A stretch of 64,000 nt of DNA from Octopus sinensis (Eukaryota): positions 41,230,001-41,294,000 of the forward strand of contig NC_043001.1 in NCBI RefSeq assembly GCF_006345805.1. The letters are read 5' to 3'. The stretch's first letter is position 1. Each line of letters begins with the position of its first letter. The notes beneath the pieces are model-generated. The model made no database searches. It had not been told where the DNA came from and saw nothing but the letters and a program-made list of their open reading frames with translations. A program made the translations under genes and the position numbers. This document shows, one piece after another, positions 1 through 14,024 of this stretch.

Positions 1-1309
1 CCTCCTCAGCCGTTCATTTTCAGTAGGCTGTATAAATTGTTGCGTGCGCGCACCCTTTTTGCTGGGTAGCGAGGGGTGTATGGATCAATTTTGGAAGTTT
101 TTAGTAGACGTATGACAGAATTATTGGATCTTTCCAAAGATCCCAGGACCGTTCAATGAGCTGTAGAGATTGTTGCGCACGCGCACCCTTTTTTGTTGGG
201 TGGCGAGGGGTGTGTGGATCAATTTTGGAGTTTTTCATATAAAATTCGAAATTAATAAATTTTTGGCTTGCCATATTGTTAATCTCCGTCCAGCTCCACC
301 TTAAAATCACTCTAGATAAATCCCAGCAATAATCTTCTCTGGCTCTCCAATATTTTAGAATTATATAAGCAGAAACAATCGAATGGAGGGAGTGGGGCTA
401 AAAAAATCATAACTTTTCTTTTTTTTTTATATCATAAATATGTTCTCGGGGGAAAATATTGAAAAACATCAATACATATTTGAGTGACAAAAAAAAAAAA
501 GAGGGTGGTCTTGCGATATGCTAGAAACAACAGCCAAATCTCCCTTAAATCACACACTTTTTCCTCTGAAGAGATTAAATTTTTTCTTTGAACCGAAAAT
601 GTTTCTCCCATGTTTTATAAGTGCGTAATGAAAAAAAAAATGGCCAAAATCGGTCTGGAGCGAGGTGATGATGGCGGGGGGAAAAATTTTCAAAAAAATT
701 TTTCATAAAATATATGCCTCACCACCCCATCATTTTGAAAGTCGCAGGGAAAAGAAGTGGAAAAATTGCCATCGAAACGGAGAAAATCCAGCTTATGTTG
801 GCGTCCTGATCTGAAATGCTGGTTTTTAAAAGGTGTTCCCGCATGGCCACAATCCAATGACTGAAACAAGTAAAATGTAACACATTATTAACATAATGTG
901 AAAAACCATCAGAGACGAATTGGTTGGTATGGCCTTAGGAACACACCCATGTGATCCTTGCTATTTCTAGCATGCGAAATGACTGCGTGCAGGATGGGTT
1001 AACTTCGAGTTTATTGAAAAGAGAGAGATTGAGTCTGCGATAAAATGAAAGAAATGTGCATTCAGTAATTATTATTAGCATTGTACTTACTTTTCTAGAA
1101 AAATTTCCTAGGCATAATGAGGTAGAAAGAAAGAAAAATGACAAGCTGAAAGCAAAAGTGTAAATTTGAAAGTGGGTTTTTTTCTACAAAATGAAACTTG
1201 AAATTTTAAAGAAACACACACACACACAAACATATATATATATATGACCCAATATGTTTGTGCATGCATAGGTGCTTGTATTGAGTTCAAAATTTAGATT
1301 GCTCAACTA

Positions 1310-2215
1310 TTTGAACGAGTAAATTTTCAAATGTTCTATTGCGGTATCACTTCCATCAAATATGTAGCAAACACGTTTGAGGAGGTGCCATAAAGCTGAT
1401 GATACTTGCGTTTGGCGTGAGCTTACATTCCTTCTACATGATTTGTGTGGACACCTATGGCTTCATTCTCAAATGACACAGAATGGTTCACAGTTAAATG
1501 CACGAATCCATGATCCTGTAAGTTCTAATATGCTGCCCATTCATCCGTGAATATAATCGTTCCTGGGCGGACATGTTAGAGTATGATCAATTTCAAAGTT
1601 GCTGCTGACCAACTGTTATTCGGGCATATCAATTGAAAACAGTTTTCGGGATTGTCCAATTCAACGCCACCCAGCACCATCATAATGCACACCTCACCTG
1701 TTTTTCCTGTGCATAAACTTTAACTCATCAATAGCGACCACTATCTGAGGACCATCAGTTACAGCTGGGTGGCTTACTAGGTTTTCTGCTAAAACATCAC
1801 AACAAAAATTTGTCCGGTCTGTTATAGTTGACCAGCTTCCAATCTGGAGCTCCTCCATGATAATTGTTAACGATACATTGAGTGACCATCAGTACAAGAG
1901 CTTTGTATCCAAAGTAAGGTGGATGTTTTCAAAGAACAACCTCTTCCTTATAGAAAATAGTTTCCAACAGTACCTGTTGGTGCATTTCCAGATATAGCCA
2001 CTCCGTTTCGCGAATGAACAACTGCGACCACAAGTGCAGATACGAGATGGTGCTAGGATTCCATACCGTTTCAACCAGTCAGTTAGCTGATCATGGTCAA
2101 TAGACAAGAGTATTACATCTTCTATGTAAAACCGTGGGCATTGCATGATATCCATGTCAAAATTTGAAAATAAACGAAGGAAAAACTGGACAAAAGAAGT
2201 TGGTTTCAATTCCAA
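1310..2215 (-). pseudogene. Merlin (IS1016/ISXO2-like) DDE transposase, degenerate
   Basis: ORF 1889-2215 has the N-terminal Cys-rich region (ICTC...WKCTNRYC...SIRK..FFE). Hand translation continues through stops and frameshifts with [31 protein letters not shown] and [10 protein letters not shown], the D-D-E layout of ISXO2/Merlin. No TIRs identified. Confidence 0.8.
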
Positions 2216-2849
2216 ATTACTAATGTGATGGATGCAATTTGAGAAAATGAAAGCTGTAACAGCAAGGATGTGTCGTGGACGTCAATGTTACCTTGTGCAG
2301 AGTTGCATTGACGTCAAAACAAAATCTGGTAGTAATTTTGATGCCTTTCGTGTACCTAGGAAGGTTGTCGGGTGTGGAAAAGAGAATAAAATATATCTTT
2401 GCTGTTACTTAGCGAAGATATGTGTCTGGAATAGGTACTGAGTAAGAGAAGAAGGAATTCTATTTGATGCTTTCTTATAATAATTTCATAGCTAAATTGG
2501 GTCCCTGTAACAATGGCTATTCCATTGCTAAAGAAAGGTCCCCCGAGGGCCATACGGGTCACATTTGAGTTGTTATGAGGGCTGCACTCGCTTCAATTAT
2601 AATTGAAGTCATTTAATAAAAATTATTGCAGAATATTTTTCTTACTTAAATTTAGAAACATACTATGGTTTTGCGACATTCAAGAATGCAAAGTAATGAA
2701 GTAGTTTAACAAAAGGGGAGGAAAACAAAAAACGAAATTTTAAACGGCAACATAGATATGAATGCAAAAGCAATAAATACATTGTACAAAAATTACAACA
2801 GTTCAAAATGGACATTTATTTACAACTATTCAAACAGTTTTAGTGTTTT

Positions 2850-5175
2850 ATCCTGAGGCTTGACACCTCTTTTTGCTGACAATTTTTGGTATGTCTGGCT
2901 GAAATGTCTGTGCAGTTCTGAGTTTGATCAGATATCACAAGTGTTGATCAGTCAGTTGCCTTGTTCTCTGAGATGTTTTTATTGATTTCATGAAGGAAAA
3001 TAACTGTTCATACTCATATGTAAAACCAAACATTGCCGTAATCTTTATGGCAAACTTTCTGAAGTTCTTAAAGTTTTCAGGAAGGTATGAAAAGAAACCA
3101 GGTATCACCACTTCAAAATACAGGGTGCGGCAGAAGTAATGCCCTTTCTTATTTGTATAATTTTTATAGTTTTCTACTCTCAAAAAGATGGTGCATCACC
3201 TCACTATGGGTAAAACGTTCAGGAATAGTTAAATCTTAATTTTGAGGTGAAATGGATAACATTGAGTGGTCATCATGATCATCAGACCTAACACCATCTG
3301 ACTTTTTCTTGTGGGTGTATTGAAATACACCCACACAAATTTTCTGCAATTAACAAGGAAATGTGTCGAAAGGTTTGTAGAAGTGTTGCTGTTAGGGTTC
3401 AGCATTGTACTGAAAACGAAGAGGAGCATTTTGAACAAGTTAATAAAATTTTTTATCATAAAGAATTACGTTATTTTGATGGAGCAATATTTAATAAATT
3501 TCTTAAAATTAGTGCAATTTATTTTCATTAATTGTTGTTTTTTCATTTCTTTAACTTCTGTAATAAATTTTTGTACAATAAAAATTTATCAAATGAAAAA
3601 AGTTTTTGTACTATAAAAATTACTAAATAAAAAAATTTTTGTATTATAAGAATTACTAAATAAAAAGGGCATTACTTCTGTTGCACTTTGTACTTTGCTC
3701 TGAGTGAAGAATCTGACTGTATTTCCAATAGTTCCATCTGTAGGCTTTCTACTGTCTTAGCAATATCAAAGGTGAATGGTGCTGAGAATAATGCAAACGG
3801 ATGTTCAAAAGATGAGAAATCATGAAATCTTTCCTGAAATTCCTTTGACAACAATTCCAGCTGACTGTCATAATTGGCAAAGTTAAGTACAGACTCAGTA
3901 TTATCACTGTTTTTCAGTTCTTTGCACTTAGGAAAATGAAGTAAATTTTCATTTGACAACTGTGATTTCCATAAGCTTAATTTTGTAATGAAGCACTTGA
4001 TATCGTCATACAACTGAGTGATGAGTTTGTTTTTACCTTGTAATTTCAAATTGAGATCAATTAATTGTGCAGATCCTGGAGCATATTCTCATGTTTGATT
4101 TCATCTGTGTTTTGACCTTTTATCTCCAAAAGCATTATTATTTCTTGTCACAACAAATAAAATCTTTTCAGCACTTTGTAACATGACAACCAGTGGACTT
4201 GTGTAGAATGGAACATCGGTGAACTGCCTTATCTTCCAACAACTGGCTGAATTGACAGTGGTTGAGAACACAGCCTCTGATATAGTTTACTGTCTTTGTG
4301 ACCAAACTAAGCACATAATCCAATTTTAAAATGAATGGAACATCGGTGAACTGCCTTATCTTTCATCACAAATTTTGCTGATGAATTATGCAGTAAAAAT
4401 GTGCAAATGAAGAATTCAGATGCAAATTTTCTGTTTTTATTCGTAACTTGGCAGCAACACCATTATGTCTGCCAACCATATTCGCAACACTGTCGGTAGA
4501 TAATCATGCAAATTTACTCAAATCAAAACCGTAGTCATGCAGAACCAGTTTGACTTTCTCAAAAATGTCCTGGCTTGTAATGACATGCATGGGGATGAGT
4601 TCAATTAGTCCTTCAAAAAATTAAATTTACTGCCACAGGCCCTGACGAAGACTGCAAGCTGTGCTATTCCAGTGATATCAATGGTCTCATCAATAGCAAT
4701 AGAAAAATGTTCAAATCTTGATGATGCGGCCTTCAGCTGTTGTTTCAAATCACCTGAACATTTCATCAATCCATTCAGCAACAGTGTTCCTGGTAAATGA
4801 AATATCTTTGAATAAGTGTGCTTTCTCTGGACACACAATTTCAGCCGTAATGGTGATCATTCGGATGAGTTCATAGTTTGCAGTAATGGAAGTGACATTC
4901 CCTTTCTGAATTTCGTAAACCAGGTCTGTTGCTGTGTCAAGTTAGCCTTCAATTCCTTGAGCCTTGAAACATGCATTGACCCTTCATATTTATTGTAAGA
5001 TCGATGGTTTGTTTCATGATGTCTTTCTGGCGTGGCAATGCTGTTGTTGCAAATTAAACAATGTATCTTTCCATTCACCGTTATGCAAAAGTACTGTAAT
5101 TCCCATTTTTTTTTTAAACACTTGCCCTTCTTGGTTCAGTTTCCTTTTTCTCTTAACTGGAGGAGCACTAGACAT
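2850..5175 (-). pseudogene. hAT (Charlie/SPIN, GTF2IRD2-like) transposase, fragmented
   Basis: Starts MSSAPPVKRKRKL...WELQYFC...HCLIC (BED-like) at ATG 5175. Continues FSIAIDETIDITGIAQLAVFVR, KLQGKNKLI...FITKLSLW and AMFGFTYEYEQLFSFMK...TRQLTDQHL (dimerisation domain). Frameshifted; 30-bp internal duplication at 4206-4235 and 4333-4362; interrupted at 3121-3690. Confidence 0.88.
3121..3690. mobile_element. 570-bp Tc1/mariner-type non-autonomous element inserted in the hAT transposase
   Basis: 24-bp TIRs, 20/24 identical (cagggtgcggcagaagtaatgccc vs reverse complement caaagtgcaacagaagtaatgccc). TA on both sides (3119-3120, 3691-3692). Removal restores the hAT frame RAKYFEVVIPG. Confidence 0.8.
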
Positions 5176-5999
5176 TTTAAAGACGAAATAGATTTGTAAG
5201 CCTAATCACAGGAAATGTAGTGCACTCAGGCAAGAATCACAGGACACTGGCAATGCAGAGCTTAAACGTGCTCTCTTAACTCTGTCCACCAGATGAGAAT
5301 TTAACAAACGATGAAGAGAAGAAAGGAAAATCAACTCGTATGGATGTTGACAGGTGATGTGCAGACACCTGTAATGTTTGATATATGAAACATCTGGAGC
5401 CACGGATTATCCAATTGCTGACTCACTGATGGGATATTCTGCAACTCTGGGCCTCCGAGTAATTATATAACTTTCTTCCTCCCTGTAATCAGACCTAGAA
5501 CCAATGTTTCTGCATAATCATAATAATTGTTACGATTATGCAGAAAAAAAATTGTACGTAATTTAAGGGTTATTTAGCTGTTATTTTCAGTATATCTCAT
5601 GACCACCTTAAAATCTCCTTGTTTGTTTGTCACTGACATATCCCCAGAAAAATTCCCTGAAAATCCCAAGAAAATGTCATGAGGGGTTATATGGGGTGCT
5701 TAAAACAGAATTCCGCAATTCGAAGTGTCAGTCTTTAATAAAAATAAGTTTTGGGGTCAATTTGTTTGATTAAAAGGTGGTGCTCCTGCATGGCCACAGT
5801 CCAATGACCGCTTCTTTGTTACTCTTACATGTACTGATGTTTTTCAATATTTTTCTTCCCATAAACACATTTATGCTACTTTTAAAAAATTTAAAACACA
5901 TGATTTTTCAACTTCATTCCCTCCACCCATTGTTTCCGTTTATAATTATAAAATATTTTTTTCTACTCTAGGCACAAGGCCGGAAATTTTAGGGATGAA

Positions 6000-6192
6000 A
6001 GGCAAAGTCGGCCTTGGAGGAATTTGAACTCAGAACGTAAAGACAGATGAAATACCGCTAAGCATTTCGCCTGGCTTGCTAACATTTCTTATTTCTTTAT
6101 TGCCCACAAGGGGATAAACATAGAGAGGACAAACAAGGACAGACAAATGGATTAAGTCGATTATATCAACCCCAGTGTGTAACTGGTACTTT
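6000..6192. repeat. Nested SINE-like repeats (octopus-type)
   Basis: The blocks ggaatttgaactcagaac...gaaataccgctaagca and tatttctttattgcccacaagggg...gacagacaaatggattaagtcga...ctggtact recur at 36830-37400. Confidence 0.7.
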
Positions 6193-6313
6193 AAAAATTT
6201 AAATTACACACTTTTGTTGTTATTGTTGTCGTTGTTATTGTTACTTATAATGGAAGGCAAGGTTTACGATATTGGAAGAATATCGTCTTCTTCCATCATC
6301 TTTTTGTTCTTTG

Positions 6314-6725
6314 TGTAGTTCAGGCTTCCGGCAGGCAAAGAGAGAATACTTCAAGTACAAATGCTATTTACAACTGGTTTTATTTACAAGTTTCACAGGA
6401 TAGGTGAAGTGTGCTGCTCTCAGCAACCATCGTAAGCTGTGTGCGTTATGTAGTAGCTCCGTTAGTGCAAGTGCATTGCCTCTGGAAATACAACCTACAG
6501 ACAGGACCAGCCAGTGGTGGTGTTCAGCAAGTGCTGCTGTGAAATGGCGCCAAAAGAGACAGATCTGAATCGTTTTTTTCCTTATATACAGTTTTCCATC
6601 GCAAGCTTCATTGTGATCTCGCGCATGGCAAATGGATACAGGTGAGGTCTCACTCCAGTCTCGAAGATGGCAATGGCTGCTGCAAGATCTCATCCAATAT
6701 GGCGCTGACTGCTTGTGCCGCTACA
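6314..6725 (-). mobile_element. Probable solo LTR (412 bp)
   Basis: TGTAG...CTACA termini. On the minus strand a TATA-like TGTATATAAG (6590-6581) precedes AATAAA (6384-6379), the order expected in an LTR. No matching TSD. Confidence 0.45.
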
Positions 6726-7939
6726 TACTTATATCCCAGCAATGGACAACGCATTATTTCCGCATCATCAAAGCATAAAATGTGTTTTATGGGGAGGAAA
6801 ATAGTTTAGCAAGTCATATTTTTTTTATTGTTAGAACTGCGTTATGGATACTTTGATTTCCTAATGATGATAGTGATGGTGGTGGTGGTTTTTGGTGGTG
6901 GTATTGATTCGGTTATTCATGAGTAAAGGTAGGAATAATGAAACTTTTTTCAAACTTCAATACAGCATATAACAATTCTATGGATTGAGCAAAGTCTTGT
7001 TGAAATTTTTCCATATATATTAACAGGAAATTGATAGTAATCAAATAAAAAGTCTGACCTTTAAACTAGCCTGAAACATAATAGGTTTCAAATATTAAGA
7101 TTAGAGGAAGGTCACTCTAAACATAAATATCATTATGTTTATCATTAAAAAAAATATTTTTAGAAATCGAAGAGAATCGAAACAGTGATTTAATTTGTAG
7201 CACAGATACACAGATATGCTATCTAAGCTCACTACTGACTCAGCTAGAGTGGGTGAGGGTGAGAGAGAATGTAATAAGTTTGAAAAAAATATCTTTAACA
7301 GCTTTGAAGTGTTATGAAGATTTAAATCCAAGCTACTACAGAAGGTAACTTGTCGATTGCTAATTAAATTCCTAACTTCAATAGTTAAATAAGTCTATAT
7401 AACCAAATGAATGTACATTTAAACACATGCAAAGCTTGACTTCCCTCTCAAGATGAACATTTTTTTTCTACAGGAAAAAAACTCATAAAAATTCTGACCC
7501 AGGTATTGATTTGAATTTCAAAAGAAATCTTTATTAAAGGAAATATGTAAGAGAGTGTACTTGAATCATTTAAGTTATAACAAAATCTCAATTTTTAAAA
7601 TATGCCTTATAAATTGACAGTATTTTTTAAACTTTTAAAATGTAAAACATCCACTGGAAGCATGTATAACAACAAGAATGAATTATGTATAGCTATCTCC
7701 TAAGAAGTTTATTTCCCAACCACATAGCTCTGGGTTCAGTCCTACTGTGTGGTATCTTGGGCAAGAGTCTTCTACTATAGCTTGGAAACTGAAAGAAGCT
7801 ATTGTGTATACATACATGCATAAATGATTGAATAACAGAACAATACCGATAAGAGTTGAAAAAAAACCCCACTGACCTGATGTTATTCGTGATCGACGAA
7901 ATTGCAAGAGAACAAGTTGCTCAAATTCAAATGCCCATG

Positions 7940-8870
7940 TTTTGCCAAGGTAACTGTGCACCAACGGATGGCAGACAGAGAGACTGATCTAAAGGATAAT
8001 ATGGAACCAAAATGGATTACCTCCCTCCAAAATAACATTAACGGTCTCGAGAAAAAGATAGGACAGTTGGACACTATCATGAAATGCAAAACAAAAAAAT
8101 GAGTTCACAAATTATCAGCTATGACTGCAAGAAAGGTTCTTCAAATTATATGGGGACTGCTGCTGAGAAACATTCACAGGAAAACTTACCACCCTCAAAT
8201 ATGATCTACAAGCAGTGAGTGAAAACTTCAATATTGTAACGGAAAGTGATTAAAACGAATGTTTGCCCAAAATGCACAATCTGTATATTGCAATATGAAA
8301 GATGATACCACCAAGGTAGTAAATGCTTCTCCCCAGGAAGACCTAGAGTCATTCTGATGGGAAATCAGGAATGAAAACAAAAAATACAACTGTGATGCAG
8401 CATGGTAAAACGACCTATGAAATGAATACTGTGTAAATGCCTTTTCCAAAACACATAACATACTCCTGATGGTTATTGCTGAATGGAAAATCACCTGAGA
8501 GAGACATGAAAGTAGGCTACTAGTACAAAAATCTAACATTCTACAGGGAAAATCTCATGAACCTGTTCAAAAAACAATGGATGCTGAGCTTCCTATACTA
8601 GATTGGCTGATGGTCGCACAGATTACTCTTATCCCCAAGAACAAAGAGACCCATTTGGCTAAAAACTATCGGCCCATAACATGGCCAAATGTTATGTATA
8701 AACTGTACATAGGTTGCCTGAATATGTTTCTTCAAGGCCACTGCCAAACAAATGGAATGGTAACCGATGAACAGGCAGGAAGAAATAAAAAAAAGTCTTG
8801 AGCTGTGCTGAATAGCTCTTCCTCAACAAAATTGTCTTTAAGGAAGCCAAGCAACATCACTGAGCTCTAA
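7940..8870 (+). mobile_element. R4/Dong-like non-LTR retrotransposon fragment (N-terminal region and start of RT)
   Basis: TLIPKNKETHLAKNYRPITWPNVMYKLY...HCQTNGMVTDEQAG (ORF 8577-8801) and upstream MEPKWITSLQNNINGLEKKIGQL. Many stops and frameshifts. Clade assignment is by motif recall. Confidence 0.65.
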
Positions 8871-9599
8871 AATGTGGGAGTTAAGGCCCCTATTGGGGGT
8901 GGGTATCTTAATGTCAACAAGAGAAGTTGAATTGTTGAGAATCTTTTAAACTTGTTTGAATTTCTTTGAAATAGGAAATATATTTATGTTCACTAGGTTT
9001 GTAAAAGAGAGCAAAGCTACAGGAAACCAAAAGACGAATGATCACAATAAGCAGTCAGCTACCCTACCCTAGTCGTTACCACTCCCAATGTAGGATTCCT
9101 CAACATCAAGGTGACAGGCACAGCCGTAAGATGCATTACGAATGTATAGCAATTGGAAGGGCGTGACCCAACTGAAATAAACATTAACAACTGTGTGATG
9201 TGAGGGCTAAGGAGAAATGAAAGTGTCACCTCTGGAGTTTGCAAATGACCACTATACTGATATGTTCAAATTTGATATGTATATACTGACAGTATCAAGG
9301 CATGTAGAAGTTTTGAAAAAATTACAAAAATCGATTCCTGGTGGGAATGCAATCAATAAAGCTGTGGGTACGTGCATTTGCAAAATCGTTTTTTTTTGGA
9401 ATAGAAAAAAGTCTGTCTTTATTTCTTCTCTTGCTGGTGTCTCAAATTTAGGTTAAATCAGTGTTTCTCAAAGGGGAGAGTTATGGGACAGTCGGACAAG
9501 TTGTTTTGAGAAAATTTGGTTTAAATGTTTGACAACTCAGCACCGTCCATTGGACGGGGGGGGGGCGTTTTGCTCGTAAATAATAATAGAAATGAATAT

Positions 9600-9624
9600 G
9601 CACATATACATACATGTATATGTG

Positions 9625-9679
<55 letters not shown>

Positions 9680-10127
9680 AAAAGATAAATTGATAGATAC
9701 AACTGAGTGGGCAAACAAAAATATGAGACACTGTCTAGTGCTTTTTTTTATTTTGATAAGCCTAGTACTTACTCTATCAGTTTCTTCATGTGAAACCAGT
9801 AAGTTATGGGGATGTAAATAAATGAACAGCAGTTGTGAAGTGATGAGGGAGAAGCACAGAGACAAAGATACACACATACACTTACATATATACATACATA
9901 TATATATGATTGATTTCTTTCAGTTTTTGTCTACAAAATTCACTCACAAGGCTTTGGTTGGTCTGAGGCTATAGCAGAATACACATGCCACCTCACTACA
10001 TAGTTGGATTGAACCCAGGACTATGTGTTTTGGAACAAAGTTTCTTACCACACAGCCAGATGTGCATCTATGTGTGTGGGGGGGGTGCACGTATGTATGG
10101 GTGTATATATGTATGCATGTATATATG

Positions 10128-10180
<53 letters not shown>

Positions 10181-10307
10181 ACATATTACATGTACATCTA
10201 TATATACACATCTACACATATACATGTATACATATACAGCTATACACATATAGATTTATATATATACCTCTATATATATACATTTGTGCAGATGTATACA
10301 TATTATA

Positions 10308-10348
<41 letters not shown>

Positions 10349-10372
10349 ATATATATTTATATTATATATATG
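9600..10372. repeat. (TA)n/(CA)n/(TG)n microsatellite-rich tract
   Basis: Pure (TA)n at ~9621-9668 and 10300-10345, (TG)n at 10160-10180, mixed TATG/CATA. Source of the spurious YIYI ORFs. Confidence 0.9.
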
Positions 10373-10683
10373 TATGTATATATGTATGTATGCCTGTGTA
10401 TATGTGAGATAATAGTTTCATTTTAATAGTTTCAGTATTAAAGTGAAAATATCTGACATGACAATAGAGAGATGTTATTCTTTCACTTTTGACACCTAAT
10501 ACTGAAATAGTGGAAAATATATGATATTGCTCTAGGCTCGCATTAGGCAAGAAGTTAAATTTTGGGGGGCCTATAACACTACATGGACCCTAAGTAAGGC
10601 ATGTGTAAAATTTGAATGAAATTGGTTGTGTAGTTCTCAAGTTTTAGGGATACAGACACAGATAGACAGATACACATTCCCAT

Positions 10684-10718
<35 letters not shown>

Positions 10719-11041
10719 TTTCGATGTATGTATGTATATATGTATGTATGCCTGTGTATATGTGAGATAATAGTTTCATTTTAATAGTTTCAGTATTAAA
10801 GTGAAAATATCTGACATGACAATAGAGAGATGTTATTCTTTCACTTTTGACACCTAATACTGAAATAGTGGAAAATATATGATATTGCTCTAGGCTCGCA
10901 CTAGGCAAGAAGTTAAATTTTGGGGGGCCTATAACACTACATGGACCCTAAGTAAGGCATGTGTAAAATTTGAATGAAATTGGTTGTGTAGTTCTCAAGT
11001 TTTAGGGATACAGACACAGATAGACAGATACACATTCCCAT

Positions 11042-11088
<47 letters not shown>

Positions 11089-11435
11089 TTTCGATGTATG
11101 TATGTATATATGAATGTATGCCTGTATATATGTGAGATAATAGTTTCATTTTAATAGTTTCAGTATTAAAGTGAAACTACTAAAATAAGAATAACTGACG
11201 TGACAATAGAGAGATGTTATTCTTTCACTTTTGACACCTAATACTGAAATAGTGGAAAAGATAAGATATTGCTCTGGGCTCGCACCAGGCATAAAATTTA
11301 AATTTTTGGGGGGCCTATAACACTACATGGACCCTGAGTAAGGCATGTGTAAAATTTGAATGAAATTGGTTGTGTAGTTCTCAAGTTTTAGGGATTCACA
11401 CACAGACACAAATAGACAGATACACATTCCCATCT

Positions 11436-11496
<61 letters not shown>

Positions 11497-12743
11497 AGAT
11501 GTATGTATGTATATATGTATGTATGCCTGTATATATGTGAGATAATAGTTTCATTTTAATAGTTCAGTATTAAAGTGAAACTACTAAAATAAGAATATCT
11601 GACTTGACATAAAGAGATGTTATTCTTTCACTTTTGACACCTAATACTGAAATAGTGGAAAAGATATGTTATTGCTCTAGGCTCGCACTAGGCAAGAAGT
11701 TAAAATTTTGGGGGGCCTATAACACTACATGGACCGTAAGTAAGGCATGTGTAAAATTTGAATGAAATTGGTTGTGTAGTTCTCAAGTTTTAGGGATCCA
11801 CACACAGACACAGACAGACAGATAGACAGATACACTTTCCCATCTTTATATATATGTATATATATATATATAAATATATCGATGTATGTATGTATATATG
11901 TATGTATGCCCGTGTATATGTGAGATAATAGTTTCATTTTAATAGTTTCAGTATTAAAGTGAAACTACTAAAATAAGAATATCTGACATGACAATAGAGA
12001 GATGTTATTCTTTCACTTTTGACACCTAATACTGAAATAGTGGAAAAGATATGATATTGCTCTGGGCTTGCACTAGGCAAAAAGTTAATATTTTTGGGGG
12101 CCTATAACACTACATGGACCCTGAGTAAGGCATGTGTAAAATTTGAATGAAATTGGTTATGTACTTCTCAAGTTTTAGGGATTCACACACGGACACAGAT
12201 AGACAGATACACATTCCCATCTTTATATATATATATTATTATATAATATATATATTATATATATTTTATAGAAGGAGCTTCTACAGGACTAGAACTGTTT
12301 CATTCAAAAGAAATCATCAGTACTATTGAGTACCTTATTTACTGTGGTTAACCCCGACTCAACCCGGGACCTACATATATATATATATATATATATATAG
12401 ATCTATGTATGTATATATGTATGTATGCCTGTATATATGTGAGATAATAGTTTCATTTTAATAGTTTCAGTATTAAAGTGAAACTACTAAAATAAGAATA
12501 TCTGACTTGACAATAAAGAGATGTTATTCTTTCACTTTTGACACCTAATACTGAAATAGTGGAAAAGACATGATATTGCTCTAGGCTTGCACTAGGCAAG
12601 AAGTTAAAATTTTTGGAGCCTATGACACTACATGGATTCTAAGTAAGGCATGTGTAAAATTTGAATGAAATTGGTTGTGTAGTTCTCAAGTTTTAGGGAT
12701 TCACACACAGACACACAGATAGACAGATACACATTCTCATCTT

Positions 12744-12781
<38 letters not shown>

Positions 12782-13514
12782 ATATATAAATATATCAATG
12801 TATGTATGTATGTATATATGTATGTATGCCTACATATATGTGAGATAATAGTTCATTTTAATAGTTTCAGTATTAAAGTGAAACTACTAAAATAAGAATA
12901 TCTGACATGACAATAACGAGATGTTGTTCTTTCACTTTTGACACCTAATACTGAAATAGTGGAAAAGATATGATATTGCTCTAGGCTCGCACTAGGCAAG
13001 AAGTTAAAATTTTTGGGGGCCTATAACACTACATGGACCCTGAGTAAGGCATGTGTAAAATTTGAATGAAATTGGTTGTGTAGTTCTCAAGTTTTAGGGA
13101 TTCACACACAGACAGACAGATAGACAGATACACATTCCCATCTTTATATATATATATATATATATAAATATATCGATGTATGTATGTATATATGTATGTA
13201 TGCCCGTATATATGTGAGATAATAGTTTCATTTTAATAGTTTCAGTATTAAAGTGAAACTACTAAAATAAGAATATCTGACATGACAATAGAGAGATGTT
13301 ATTCTTTCACTTTTGACACCTAATACTGAAATAGTGGGAAAGATATGATATTGCTCTGGGCTTGCACTACGCAAGAAGTTAATATTTTTGGGGGCCTATA
13401 ACACTACATGGACCCTGAGTAAGGCATGTGTAAAATTTGAATGAAATTGGTTGTGTAGTTCTCAAGTTTTAGGGATTCACACACAGACACAGATAGACAG
13501 ATACACATTCCCAT

Positions 13515-13552
<38 letters not shown>

Positions 13553-14024
13553 TTTATAGAAGGAGCTTCTACAGGACTAGAACTGTTTCATTCAAAAGAA
13601 ATCATCAGTACTATTGAGTACCTTATTTACTGTGGTTAACCCCGACTCAACCCGGGACCTACATATATATATATATATATAGATGTATGTATGTATATAT
13701 GTATGTATGCCTGTATATATGTGAGATAATAGTTTCATTTTAATAGTTTCAGTATTAAAGTGAAACTACTAAAATAAGAATATCTGACAATGACAATAAA
13801 GAGATGTTGTTCTTTCACTTTTGACACCTAATACTGAAATAGTGGAAAAGATACGATATTGCTCTAGGCTTGCACTAGGCAAGAAGTTAAAATTTTTTGG
13901 GGCCTATGACACTACATGGATTCTAAGTAAGGCATGTGTAAAATTTGAATGAAATTGGTTGTGTAGTTCTCAAGTTTTAGGGATTCACACACAGACACAC
14001 AGATAGACAGATACACATTCTCAT

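Noticed and set aside
29-237. Regulatory tandem repeat (two ~75-bp copies, period ~133 bp)
   Set aside because: Probably the subterminal repeat of an element cut by the window edge; no function can be supported.
9481-11937. ORFs rich in YIYI/CVCV, and the repeated MKLLSHIY ORFs (also 58047-58584)
   Set aside because: Translations of (TA)n/(TG)n microsatellites and satellite monomers; no coding evidence.
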